Shown here one piece after another: positions 12,501 through 26,248 of a DNA stretch of 64,000 nucleotides. The notes under the pieces are model-generated. The model worked only from the letters and a program-made list of their open reading frames with translations. It made no database searches and was not told where the DNA came from. This stretch comes from Tubiluchus corallicola (lineage: Eukaryota > Animalia > Priapulida), in contig JAQGDQ010000818.1 of the NCBI GenBank assembly GCA_030141605.1, positions 28,284 to 92,283 of the forward strand. Direction: 5' to 3'. The position numbers and the translations under genes are program-made. Every line of letters starts with the position of its first letter. The stretch's first letter is position 1.

Positions 12501-15500
12501 TACCATGTGACAAAGCCATCATCTCAGTATCAAACCCACTAGAGTCATAATAACGTAAAAAGATTAGAAGGCGTACAGATTTCGAAACCTCAATCAATGT
12601 ACATGTTGTACGGTCTTTATATATTTGATTAAACTATGTTTCAACTTATTATAAAGGGATTAGTTTTTTACCACCTTTTCCATTCCTACTTGTAGTACAT
12701 AACGTGACCTTTCCTGCGAGGGGCTACAAAAACAACGAGTTATAGTTGTCGGGAAATCGCATATATATTTCCCGAAGATCAATTTAATTTTATGTGTCTA
12801 TAAAATCCCCCATAAATCTCTAGCATTTTTTCTGATTAATGAATATTCCTTTAACTACAGTCTTATGATATAGCCTTGAATGTTAGACTTAGATTTGCCC
12901 TTAGAATAGGTCTGTAGGTAGTTTCAGACCATGCAAGTATGCATGTATGCATTGCATGAAGCCCAGTATTTAGATTAATTTATGAAGCAAAAGTTTATAT
13001 AAGGCTGCTCGACATGAGCAACGAGGACGACTCACTTAGCTTTCACTGGCTAACAGAACAAGTCCCTCTATACAGGCCTATAGTGCTAAATTATAGTTAA
13101 TATTATGGTGCACCTAACTTGAATTTATGTTATGCCTTATAAGGTGATTATTGAGCTTTAGTGCATTATGCTATTTGTGATAATATGCTATTCATGTAAT
13201 TGGTAAAATGTAAGTAAACATTTATGATAGTTAACTAATACGATAGATTTGTGAAATTTGTAATGTGAACATCAAACTATAATTTGTGAAGTATGTATTG
13301 TTAATGAATTCAATGAATAATTATTTGTTTTGTTGTGGCCACATTTTAATCAAATCTTACCTTTTTTATTGTTGGTATATGAACATTTGTATGTAGATAA
13401 GTACGAATGACTAAAGGTGTGAGACACAAACAATTAAAGTAATACATATCGAGGTTTCCTTAAAAATGGATAATTGCATAACCTTATCTTAACGACAATC
13501 ATAAAAAGATTTCTGACAGTTTCAGTCCTGTTACAAATAGATAACCAGGTTAACGTACCATAGGTTTCTCCCTTGAGTTTTATTAACGTAAAAATCACAT
13601 ACAATAAAATAAATTTTCGATAATAGTACAGAAGAATTTATTACATCAAAGTCATGGGGAATTTCCTGAATCAGGAAGGAATCTGTCGTGTCTTCAATAT
13701 TTAATCATTATCATTACCCTTTACATCAATAATTTACGGCCAGGCAGAGTTCTGATATAAAAAACATGCTGACAAGATAGATAAGCACTTCAGTAATTCA
13801 GAGAACTAAACTAGATAGCAATATGCCAAAAGCTTGCTAGCACCACTTTTGGGCATGCATGTTGAACAGCCTACAATCTGAAGAAATGGAATTGAATTAT
13901 TCTGAAATCCACCAGAACTCAAAGGCAAAGTGAAGGCATCAAAGAAAACGCCATCCAGCCAGCGGTATTAAAAAAACAAGATTGTGAGACATTTGCAATG
14001 TGTGAAATGATCTCTTCGTGAAATTTTTCAAGATTAACGGCTGTGCGAGACATATGAGGCCACCCAACTAAATATTGTAGTAGACGGATTATCTACTTAT
14101 TCAGCAATACATTGATTCAATAAAATTTGTTTTATGTTCGTTGTTTTTTGCCCATCCTGCAAAATGTTAGGTTGCATCCTGTATCTTGGATGCCAATGAT
14201 TTATTATTGTGTTCTTCAAATTTAAGGAGATAATTATACAGAATTATCTGCAGATCTTTGCTGCACCATTGTCAATGCAGGGCAACCTTTGCTTACAGTG
14301 TGTTACATTATTGATAAGTAATATTGATGTTAATAAGTATTTTGGCTAGCTGTCAGCTTGTCATTCAAAAGCGTGCCCAATTGGTCACCTCTATTACAGA
14401 TCCATTGCATGCTGTTGAGTCTAGCCATGTTTAATCTTCAAAAATTTAATCTATGCTTGCTGACTGTCGTCCAAACTAATTTTAGCCGAAGTTGATAAAA
14501 CCTAATTTTTAACATGAACGGAGTAGTCAGCAGTCATAACTGTAAAAAAATTACAGGTAGCAAATGGTTACAAACACTGGTTGCCACTCAGGTGTGACTT
14601 GTTTTAGAGTTTGAAACTTGTACTTGCTTGTTGCTTCTAAAATTCAATAGTAGCACATAACTGCTCTACAATATTTATTTAGCATGCGCATTGCTCTAGA
14701 GTGGTCATAGTTCCATCAGCACTTGCTGCTGCTTAAAACTCTTCAGCTCAAAGCACAATAATCACATTCTTACCAAAAAATGTAGGAAGCTGGGCCTCTC
14801 TCAGGTCGAGTATTACATGCCGTGCAGTTCGTAACTGACATGATACCATACATATTAAAACACTATAATGTAAACCCCATATCACCGAAGTTAATATTGA
14901 TGACATGTATTGAGTGATTATATCATTAGATGATACTAGATATTCTGTGGTATTCAACACTAACTACTTTATATTTCCTGATACTAAGGATATAAACTCT
15001 TAGGGCTGGCTTTTTGTCTGTCCCGGATATGGATAAAGTTTACTTTATGATATCAAACCAACATCAGCGAATGTTGTCTTATGACATATGTTTTTCTTTC
15101 CCAGTTTCTTGTCCCTTCCATTTTAGATCCTGCCTTACTCTTTCCTGTCCTTTTATCTAACCTTAGCATTTTGTTTTACTGCATAGTATCCATTGCCCTA
15201 CTTTTTTTCCTTGCCAGTCTCTTTCATCCTATAATATCTTGCCTTGTCTCAGTTGCTACGTCTGGCCTTATCCTGACAAGTCAATTATTGTTCTGCTTTT
15301 GTTTATTCTACAGAAAATTTTCAATTGTAAATATGCAGTATGTAAGATTATTTAGTAATATTGATGATAAAACAATAAAATTCACCACATTGTAAATTAA
15401 TAGTATTATAATATATTATGCATTCTTTTAATATTGTAGACCATAAATCATTTTAAGCTACAATCTGAAACTGGTTGCCATTTGCTCTTAAGCTTAGTCA

Positions 15501-16095
15501 CATAATTATTTTTTATAATTGTTGCCTACTTATGGTAAATACACAAGTTTTGTGTGATGACATTATAGCAACAACTGCTGCCATATCACTTCCATCAGCT
15601 TGTCAAAATCTGTTAATCCTAATTAAGGGACAGACTTGTCATTCAAATTTTCTCTTGGTATGGTGTCTCGTAGGTTCGTGAAATAAGTTCCCAGAAATTG
15701 CAAGCAGTTATATACTTCATAAAAATCATACTGTTATTATAAAACAAAATATTAGATTAAATTACATTTACTGGCAAAAATCACATTTATGCTTATACAT
15801 AAAATAAAATATGTCTTATATTATTGCATTACTATTGCGTTACTATAATAATTATGATTAAAATTATTACTTATCAGTGATCAATGGTCCGCACATTCGT
15901 TAGTCGTTCTGGCAATAAAGCCAGAATGAATTGTCTGTAATAAGGGATCCACAGTGAATCGAGAGCCAAATTTACTCTACCTTAGCATTCCAATGTTTCA
16001 ATATGGACGTTATGGTTTCAAAAACGACGTCAAAATCAGAAATATAATGCAGATAACTTAGTTTTCATTAACTTTGGTCATTTTTCTGCTTCCAG

Positions 16096-16191
16096 ATAGA
16101 ACTGTGAAGTCAGGCATTGGCTGTTACTCTTCAAGTTAAACTCGAGGATTGGCAGTAACATATCTAGGTTGGAACATACTTAAAACTAAAA
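16096..16191 (+). other. Candidate 5' UTR exon of the ANKRD26-like gene
   Basis: TTTTTCTGCTTCCAG acceptor and AAA|GTAAGT donor around 96 nt with stops in all three frames. Confidence 0.35.
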
Positions 16192-17028
16192 GTAAGTAAG
16201 GCAGGTTATGGAGAATATGACCGAGTATTTTTTAACCTGATCAAAATAATAAATCCGCTGTTACCAATGGGCCATTGATAAAAAATACAGTATCCGTCGT
16301 AAAATTCCGTACGCTTTGATTCGCTGACCGTAAGAGCTCTATTGTGCGTTTTTATGTCATAAACTTACAGAGTATGACGTGGTGTGTCTTTTGCAAGAGT
16401 AGATGGAGTTGGCAATGCCATTATTGTGTTTTATAGTAGTTGTGCAATGAACTTCAACTAAAAAAATCTAAAATTGTTATTATAGCTCATCTTATAGTAG
16501 TTTAGTTTTTCTGTTCCAAAATAGTACTGCGAACAAACTGCCAGTGTCAGTAACAGCACAAAAGCAGTTGTCGATATTCGTAGTTACAGTATCTATATGA
16601 TCATACATGATTATGGTTCCTTTCTTGTTAACGTCGAAGCAAAATTTATTTTACAGTTAGACTCATGCTTAAAGGTGAAGAAAAGGGAATTTTAAATTAT
16701 ATCCGAAAGAACTTTCCATACAAAATTTTATTACTTAGCATTACGCTTACCTGTTTGAAAGACTTGTGTAATTGAAAAAGAAAATTCTTAATAATTTAAA
16801 ATGTCCACACCAGCTGGTAAACTGCACTGTTTTACTATCCGAATGTGCATCACTGATTTTCCAAAAAATGCATTATTAATCTTATTAACAATATAAAGTA
16901 ATTTAAACTTCAATAATTGTAATATACATCAAGAGATTCATGAACTCCTCCATATTATTGAGAATACTGCTATTAATTGTGTTGTGTTTGATACTGTTTT
17001 CAAAGGCAGTCAGGTGATTTGTGTAATG

Positions 17029-17660
17029 CAGGGATGAGAATTTTCCGATGATATGCGGAATTCCGAGTTTTTGGAAGACCAGTAGTGCCATTTTTGTAAA
17101 TCGCATAAATTCGTTGAGAAAATTTTTGGGGGTTGAACCTCGTTTTCGTTGAAATCGTAACCGAAACTTTCAGTAGCATTTTTTCGAGGTATTTATCTGG
17201 TTTACCTTTCATTTCTTAGATGTTAAAAATCGCTCAAAAATTTTGGCTAAAATAGTTCAAAAAAAGCGTAAATATCGTTTATTTGATAATCTGTACGATT
17301 TGTAGAATGCCTTTTATGGCAATGCGGCATATCTTCATTGCTGAAAAATTTGAAGCTTTGAGGCCTACAGATACAAACAACCAAAATACCAGAGCATAAT
17401 TTGAATATAACCAAGTTTAATTTTATAATTTTAGAAATATAGGCAACAAAATATATGCAAAATCAAATTTGTTAATTTATTGAAGCTTCACGATCATATG
17501 TATCCTAGATAGTTGGGTATTTTAAATTATGCATGAAACAAGGTAACTGATGTTTTTAGTCCACTTAGAGGCTCTCTATGGTCACAAAATTGCAATTTGT
17601 TGCTACCCTCAAACCCCGGCCTGTTTCAGAGTTTTTTGCAATTTGTCGTGATCATCCCAG
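17029..17660 (+). mobile_element. MITE family C (TIR CAGGGATGAGAAT), degraded and interrupted copy
   Basis: Both ends align with 28706-29193 and 56857-57366. Confidence 0.7.
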
Positions 17661-17934
17661 GTAATGGGTCAGTTCTAACTGAAATTTGATGCATATGCAT
17701 GTATGAATGACTCAAAATGCATGTGACATATGACTGATGTGAGAGCTGACAAGTGTATTAGTTGCTGGCACTGCAACCCGTGTTTTGCTTTGGCTTTCTA
17801 AGAAATACATAACTGTCATATTCAGTGTTGATCTTACAGGCTGTGTTACGGACATAACATTACTTTTAGTTTCATTGAAATGGGCTGCTACGACAACAAA
17901 TAATGTGATCATTTTCGTAGCTATGCTTTCTTGC

Positions 17935-18375
17935 ATAAAAAATTCTTTACCTATAAATAACTTCAAAAGAAATCTTAAAAGTGAAATCTTTTCTAATTAT
18001 ACAGAATAAATCAATTTGATTAATTACGCTGCTGTCCCTGTCGGAATCCATCGCGTTGCTGGCTATGTCAATTTTTACATTTCTATAGTTCATGTTACTT
18101 TATACAGATACCATCACATCTTTCTCCTTCTTTCTATTCTTTGTTAACCTTTCTTTCTACTCCTTTACTGCTCTTTTCTGTTACACTCAGTCCACATTCA
18201 TTTGGGGTGCTCTAAACACTAATTACTTCTTGAGTACCCCACGATATGACATCTTGGCATCTTGTGTACATAATAATAAATATGTTATTAAATACTTTTA
18301 TGTGCAATGCTGTAATGATCGTTGTGGATATATTTAATAAATAAATAAATTAAATAAAGTAAATAAAAAATAAAT
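17935..18375 (+). mobile_element. 3' tail of a CR1/L2-type LINE ending in (AAAT)n
   Basis: KNSLPINNFKRNLKSEIF remnant; a reverse-complement copy lies at 41555-41985. Confidence 0.7.
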
Positions 18376-18524
18376 AGAGTAAAATGCTTTTAAGGTTTTT
18401 TATTTTCCTTTTGAATATAGCACATATATTGACTTGAAGCAAGCATGCTTGTAAAGATGAAGAACTGTTCTAACACAATGTGTACAGCACATTGAGGCTG
18501 AAGTGAAAACCCCAGCAATTCACA

Positions 18525-18748
18525 ATGAAGAAACTGCTGAGACTCTCCCGTAGCAAGTCAAACGTCGGCGAAAGTGAATCGCAGAACAGCGCTGCCGGCG
18601 ACACCTCTGCTGTTCAGATTGGATACAGCGTGGATTTGAAGGCAAAAGATTTTAATAAGCTTCATAAGGCAGCTTGGCAGGGTGACATGGACAAGTTGAA
18701 ACAGCATGCACGGAAGATTGACTTGAACTCAGTGGACAAAGATTTCAG
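18525..18748 (+). CDS. ANKRD26: ANKRD26-family ankyrin-repeat protein, coding exon 1
   Basis: MKKLLR...GYSVDLKAKDFNKLHKAAWQGD resembles the ANKRD26/POTE N-terminus; acceptor at 18420, donor AG|GTATTG, phase 2. Confidence 0.88.
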
Positions 18749-18896
18749 GTATTGCCTTCTGCTTTGATTGAAAATTAGTTTTCAAAAATGGCATTATTGA
18801 ATTTATTTGTTACAGCGAGTGTTTAGTTTAGATAAGAAAACTCGAAGAATTATGCATAAACATGTGCTGCACTCGTAATCTTTTATATTTACTTAT

Positions 18897-20661
18897 CTAT
18901 GTTTGGGAAATCTTGCTTAAGTTGTAATGTTCGTTGTAAATGTTTGAGAAATCCTGCTTAAGTTTTAGTGCTTGTTGTAAATGTTTGGGAAATCCTGCTT
19001 AAGTTGTAGTGCTCATTGTAAATGTTTGAGAACTCCTGCTTAAGTTGTGATGCTCGTTGTAAATGTTTGAGAACTCCTGCTTAAGTTGTGATGCTTGTTG
19101 TAAATGTTTGGGAAATCCTGCTTAAGTTGTAGTGCTCGTTGTAAATGTTTGAAAAATCCTGCTTAAGTTGTAGTGCTCGTTATAAATGTTTGAAAAATCC
19201 TGCTTAAGTTGTAGTGCTTGTTGTAAATGTTTGAAAAATCCTGCTTAAGTTGTAGTGCTCGTTGTAAATGTTTGAAAAATCCTGCTTAAGTTGTAGTGCT
19301 TGTTGTAAATGTTTGAAAAATCCTGCTTAAGTTGTAGTGCTCATTGTAAATGTTTGAGGACTCCTACTTAAGTTGTAGTGCTCATTGTAAATGTTTGAGA
19401 AATCCTGCTTAAGTTGTAGTGCTCGTTATAAATGTTTGAAAAATCCTGCTTAAGTTGTAGTGCTCGTTGTAAATGTTTGAAAAATCCTGCTTAAGTTGTA
19501 GTGCTCATTGTAAATGTTTGAAAAATCCTGCTTAAGTTGTAGTGCTCGTTGTAAATGTTTGAGAAATCCTGCTTAAGTTGTAGTGCCATTGTAAATGTTT
19601 GAGAACTCCTGCTTAAGTTGTAGTGCTCGTTATAAATGTTTGAAAAATCCTGCTTAAGTTGTAGTGCTCGTTATAAATGTTTGAAAAATCCTGCTTAAGT
19701 TGTAGTGCTTGTTGTAAATGTTTGAAAAATCCTGCTTAAGTTGTAGTGCTCATTGTAAATGTTTGAAAAATCCTGCTTAAGTTGTAGTGCTCGTTGTAAA
19801 TTTTTGAAAAATCCTGCTTAAGTTGTAGTGCTCATTGTAAATGTTTGAGAAATCCTGCTTAAGTTGTAGTGCTCATTGTAAATGTTTGAGAAATCCTGCT
19901 TAAGTTGTAGTGCTTGTTGTAAATGTTTGAAAAATCCTGCTTAAGTTGTAGTGCTTGTTGTAAATGTTTGAAAAATCCTGCTTAAGTTGTAGTGCTCATT
20001 GTAAATGTTTGAAAAATCCTGCTTAAGTTGTAGTGCTCGTTGTAAATGTTTGAAAAATCCTGCTTAAGTTGTAGTGCCGTTGTAAATGTTTGAGAAATCC
20101 TGCTTAAGTTGTAGTGCTCGTTATAAATGTTTGAGAAATCCTGCTTAAGTTGTAGTGCCATTGTAAATGTTTGAGAACTCCTGCTTAAGTTGTAGTGCTC
20201 GTTGTAACTGTTTGAGAAATCCTGCTTAAGTTGTAGTGCTCGTTGTAAATGTTTGAGAAATCCTGCTTAAGTTGTAGTGCTCGTTGTAAATGTTTGAAAA
20301 ATCCTGCTTAAGTTGTAGTGCTCGTTGTAAATGTTTGAGAAATCCTGCTTAAGTTGTAGTGCTTGTTGTAAATGTTTGAGAAATCCTGCTTAAGTTGTAG
20401 TGCTCGTTGTAAATGTTTGAAAAATCCTGCTTAAGTTGTAGTGCTCGTTGTAAATGTTTGAGAAATCCTGCTTAAGTTGTAGTGCTTGTTGTAAATGTTT
20501 GAGAAATCCTGCTTAAGTTGTAATGCTTGTTGTAAATGTTTGAGAAATCCTGCTTAAGTTGTAATGTTCGTTGTAAATGTTTGAAAAATCCCGCTTAAAT
20601 TGTAATGCTTATTGTAAATGTTTGAATAATCCTGCTCAAATTGTAATGCTTATTGTAAATG
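18897..20661. repeat. 41-bp minisatellite, about 43 units, filling intron 1
   Basis: Unit TGTAAATGTTTGA(G/A)AAATCCTGCTTAAGTTGTAGTGCTCGT. Confidence 0.97.
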
Positions 20662-20672
20662 CTTTTTTATAG

Positions 20673-20787
20673 GACGCCGTTGCATTTAGCATGTGCTAAG
20701 GGTCACACAGCAGCAGCAAAATTTCTGGTTTCAAACGGGGCAAGTCTGAACCTGTGTGATAAAGACGACTTCACTCCATTAATGAAG
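20673..20787 (+). CDS. ANKRD26: ANKRD26-like exon 2 (ankyrin)
   Basis: (R)TPLHLACAKGH...CDKDDFTPLMK; 115 nt, phase 2 to 0, AG/GT. Confidence 0.93.
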
Positions 20788-20844
20788 GTAAATCGATGCA
20801 CTTTTGTACGTTTACTTTTCATTTTCAGTATGTTAAATAACGCC

Positions 20845-21338
20845 TCATTCTAGTTATTCAAATGCATAAATAAATAAGCAACTTTCACGTAGAAGTTTCA
20901 AATTTAGCTATGCAGTACAACCTGAAAAATAAGTTGTAAAAACCTGGATGACCTTATGAAAAATTCTTGCCTGGTATAATCTCTGTATGATGCATTGCAA
21001 TAGTCTATTGCCCTGTTTTAATAATGATTTTGATATAAAATATCAACCATTTGTTGTCTGGCTGGCTTGCTATCTTTCATTGTTACATTTATCATATTAA
21101 ATTTATACTAAAAGGTAAGTATTGCTTTCTTGTTCTGTAGTAACTATTTTCAGCAGGTTGTATTTATGCATTACAGTATGTTGCTTTGTATATATTAAGA
21201 CGTTCTTCCACGCTTTATATAATTGTTTGTGGTGTGCTAAGTCGAAGCAGATATCTTTCTATGATCCTTGCAGTGCCCTTAAACAACATTTACGATGTTG
21301 TACTACACACTTCGTTGTACAATAAGAAATATACTATA
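20845..21338. repeat. Left arm of a long intronic inverted duplication
   Basis: Reverse complement of 21853-21996 + 22487-22792 + 23235-23275. Confidence 0.9.
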
Positions 21339-21346
21339 CCTGCCAC

Positions 21347-21347
<1 letters not shown>

Positions 21348-21381
<34 letters not shown>

Positions 21382-21830
21382 TTATTAGTTTATCGATGTA
21401 TTTAAAATAGTAAAATGCACAACTAAGTGATTTATAATTGTGTACAACATACAATAATATTACAAAGTACAAAAGTAATTATTGATTAGTGGTGAAAGGG
21501 TGGCGAAAGAACTATCAGTTATCAAGGTCGGCCACCGTCTGAGGATTGTTACTAATATAATTAATTAATGTGCAGGTACCAAGTAAATAAAATTTTATCA
21601 GATTTTGCATTTAAGACGATTGTTGATGGAATTATTATCTATTATAGTTTTTAATGAAATAATGTTCAATAATGGGAAAGAAGAGACAAACGTGACTAGT
21701 TTTTTCATTGTAATTTTTTCAAATACACAATTAAATAAAATTCATTTAATTTAATTGTGCAAAAGTAAAATTATTTTTCGAAAGAAGCTCAATCTTGGCT
21801 TTATCAGCAAACAAGTATGTATTTTGTTTG
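21348..21830 (-). mobile_element. Probable LINE 3' fragment with AATAAA(CTTA)n tail, in the foldback spacer
   Basis: Poly(A) signal followed by a tetramer tail on the minus strand; coding remnant too decayed to assign. Confidence 0.45.
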
Positions 21831-21996
21831 TTTGTATGTATTATGTATGAATATAGTATATTTCTTAATGTACAACAAACAGTGTAGTACAACATCATAA
21901 ATGTAGTTTAAGGGCACTGCAAGGATCATAGAAAGATATCTGCTTCTACTTAGCACACCACAAACAATTACATAAAGCGTGGAAGAACGTCTTAAC

Positions 21997-22478
21997 CAGC
22001 GGTGTGCAAATTGCGGCCCGCCGAGAGAATTTGTGCGGCCCACGAAGAGATTTGTCAATCTAATGAAAGTGCGGCCCGGGCGATTAATTGAGTGTATCCA
22101 GCTGAAGTCCGTGCCACGATCCCAAAGATAGTGCGGGTAGTTTTTTCTACTAGATCGGATGCCATTAACCCTTACAAGACGGTTGTAGCTTAATGTCGCT
22201 GTACTACACAGACTGTGTGATACACATTACTAATATGCATTGTAATGAAATTACCACTATCTGTCCTGAAAGTAGAAATATATGGTTTGTAATATAAATT
22301 TTAATAACTTCTAAAATAGTTTCTTGAGTGTAGTACTAATGATGTACGCAGGTCGGATGCAAAAAAATCGTCACTAGGCCTTTCTGTACTTGGCTCCTTG
22401 ATCAAACTACCTGTGGCCCGCAGGAATTGCGGGAAAGTTTAATGTGGCTCGGCTAGTCAGATAATTTGCGCAGCCCTG
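21997..22478 (+). mobile_element. hAT-like MITE family A inserted in the right foldback arm
   Basis: Flanks GTCTTAAC/GTTTTAAT; the empty site in the left arm reads GTCTTAAT, implying an 8-bp TSD. Confidence 0.9.
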
Positions 22479-22792
22479 GTTTTAATATATACAATTGTAA
22501 TGTCTGTAATGCATAAATACAACCTGCTGAAAATAGTTACTACAGAACAAGAAAGCAATACTTACCTTTTAGTATAAATTTAATATGATAAATGTAACAA
22601 TGAAAGATAGCAAGCCACCCAGACAACAAATGGTTGACATTTTATATCAAAATCGTTATTAAAACAGGGCACCAGACTATTGCAATGCATCATACAGAGA
22701 TTATACCAGGCAAGAATTTTTCTTAAGGTCATCCAAGTTTTTACAATTTATTTTTTAGTTTGTACAAACAACCAAATTTGAAACTTCTACGT

Positions 22793-23226
22793 CAGGGGTG
22801 TGCAAACTGCGGCCTGCGGGCCACTTGCGGCCCGCTGAGAGATCTTGTGCGGCCCGCGAAGAAGTTTGTCAACGTAATGAAAGTGCGGCCCACGCGATCC
22901 AGCTGAAGTCTGCGCCAATATCGCAAAAATAGTGCGGATAGTTTTTTCCTTTCGATCGGATGGCATTAACCCTTACAAGACGGTTATCACTTAATGTCAC
23001 TGTCGGACATGACGAAATATATGGTTTTTAATATAAATTTTAATAACTTCTAAAATAGTTTCTTGAGTGTAGTAGTGCAGTGGTAATGATGTGCGCAAAT
23101 CGGATGCAAAAAAAATTGTTATTAGGTCCTACTGTACTTGGCTCCTTGACCAAACTGCATGTGGCCCACAGGAATTGCGGGAAAGTTTAATGTGGCCCAG
23201 CTAGTCAGATAATTTGCACACCCCTG
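22793..23226 (+). mobile_element. hAT-like MITE family A, divergent subfamily
   Basis: CAGGGGTGTGCAAA TIRs; perfect 8-bp TSD TTCTACGT. Confidence 0.92.
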
Positions 23227-23336
23227 TTCTACGTGCTAGTTGCTTATTTATTTATGCATTTGAACAATGAGAATAAGCATTTTGTTTTCGCGTTTGTGTT
23301 GACTTTTTCTCCGTTCTTTTGTTTTTTGTCTCGCAG

Positions 23337-23510
23337 GCCGTTCAGTGTGGCAACGCGGACATCGTAAAAGGTCTACTGCGGAACAAGGCGGAACCGAACA
23401 CCAAGGACAAAGTGGGTAACACGTGCGCCCACTACTGCGCGGAGAGCGGCAATCGTGATTTGCTAACACTGTTGGTTGAGCACGGCGCTCGGATCAGCAT
23501 TCCAAACAAG
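23337..23510 (+). CDS. ANKRD26: ANKRD26-like exon 3 (ankyrin)
   Basis: AVQCGNADIVKGLL...GNTCAHY...IPNK; 174 nt, phase 0 to 0. Confidence 0.93.
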
Positions 23511-24069
23511 GTAATGAATCTTTATCAGTAAGATTCTGTGAGTCGTTTAATTAGCTGCCGTTGTTTTGTTTTACTGAAAGATTTTAATGTTTGCGCTGCA
23601 CGACATGTTTCTCACAGGTTGGTTTGACCAAATATGAAGTTTGTATGAGCTTTAGTTGAAATAAAAGGTTTGGGATTAGGGTTGCTTTATGATTAGGATT
23701 AGGATTAGGGTTAGGTTAGCGGTTAGGGTTAATAATTTCTTAATTTGTGAATTCTGTTTTCAAGTGGTTATTTTAATTTTTCTTTGCTGTAAAGTAAAAT
23801 AAATCGAATTCAGGATACCTCAATGGTGATGTAGGTGCTTCCACAGTATTATTGTCCACTGTTAAAGATCTGTGTAAAGTCATATGATCTATGAATTTGT
23901 ACAAGGATTTTCAAATGTTGTGTGAGCATATGTACATATCTTTGATTTAAATTAGAAGAATCCAAACAGAAAGAAAAAAACGTTTAATTTTGGTATTGAA
24001 ATTTTTGTAGTATTTGCAGAAAGCTTAGGTCCCGATGCACAAAAGTGTGATTGTCAACCTTGAAATAAT

Positions 24070-24445
24070 GTTATTACTATTGTTCATGTATTGTTCATTA
24101 CTATTGTTCATGTATTGTTCATTTGTATTGTTCATTACTATTGTCTATGTATTGTTCATGTATAGTTCGTTACTATTTTTCATGTATTGTTCATTACTAT
24201 TGTTCATGTATTGTTCAGTACTATTGTTCATGTATTGTTCATTTGTATTGTTCGTGTATTGTTCGTTACTATTGTTCATGTGTTGTTCATTACTATTGTT
24301 CATGTATTGTTCATTACTATTGTTCATGTATTGTTCATTACTATTGTTCATGTACTGTTCATTACTATTGTTCATGTGTTGTTCATTACTATTGTTCATG
24401 TGTTGTTTCACTACTATTGTTCATGTATTGTTCATTACTCCATGT
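24070..24445. repeat. 24-bp minisatellite (CTATTGTTCATGTATTGTTCATTA)
   Basis: Direct reading. Confidence 0.92.
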
Positions 24446-24590
24446 TCTCACAGGGGAATTTTGTACTGATTTTTGATTCACAAAAAGAAAATTAGTGTCT
24501 TAATTTCAGGTTTATTCAGATTAAATTTAATTAAAAAATTAAGTCAAATGTTTTTTCATTTTATTTTCTAACCTGAATTGTTTCATTTAG

Positions 24591-24697
24591 GAAGGACAGA
24601 TGGCACTGCATGTCGCTGTATCAGCTCATCAGCTTGATCTGGCTGAGTTATTGTTAGCTGAAGGTGCGCAGGTGAATCATGCCGACGGAAACAAATG
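24591..24697 (+). CDS. ANKRD26: ANKRD26-like exon 4 (ankyrin)
   Basis: EGQMALHVAVSAHQLDLAELLLAEGAQVNHADGNK; 107 nt, phase 0 to 2; not in the ORF track. Confidence 0.92.
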
Positions 24698-24856
24698 GTG
24701 GGTAATTAATTTGTTCTGGAGAAACCCTTTTCAAATCGTAAAAATCAAAAATACGGCGTATGTTGAATAAAGTTGGCAACATAACAGCATTTATTGCACT
24801 TTGGCATTTTGAATCAGTTTGATTCTTCACCAGGAATCCTTGTGGGAGTCACATGC

Positions 24857-25705
<849 letters not shown>

Positions 25706-25936
25706 TGAGTTGTGACACACACTCAGACTCACCAAAAATTACAGAAAAATGTCTTTCAACTGGCTTTCCCTTGTTTTGCTTTTTATTATCTGTTTGTATA
25801 AATGTATAAACTACAGACAAAGTAGATGTTATATAGAATGTCTAATTTTCATACAGAAACTATGAGGTGCATTATATAAATCCAGAAGCTTACATTTAGT
25901 TTTTCTGTTCCTTTTACTTTTGTTATTTACTTGCAG

Positions 25937-26094
25937 CACTCCGCTAATGCTAGCCTGCAAGGTGGGTTCTGTTTCACTGGTCAGTCTTCTGCTGGACTAC
26001 AATGCCGACACAAATGCCAGAGATGATAAGGGCTGGACTGCCGAGGACTGTGCTGTCATCTCCGGTCATCATAAGTGCTCCCAACTCATAGCCG
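25937..26094 (+). CDS. ANKRD26: ANKRD26-like exon 5 (ankyrin)
   Basis: (C)TPLMLACKVG...DDKGWTAEDCAVISGHHKCSQLIA; phase 2 to 1. Confidence 0.92.
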
Positions 26095-26248
26095 GTACGA
26101 CTTTGCTGCTCCGGAATCGAATAGAATAGAATTAAGTAGAATTTAGGATTTATTGCTCACCGTGTGATAAGGTTGAGACGGTTAATCGCTTAAATGTGTA
26201 ACCGACCGTTAACAGATACAACTGTGTAGAAAATTTCGAACCATTTAA

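Noticed and set aside
13750-14070. Possible decayed LINE C-terminal zinc finger (CNV*NDLF...RHMR)
   Set aside because: Too degenerate to support without a search.
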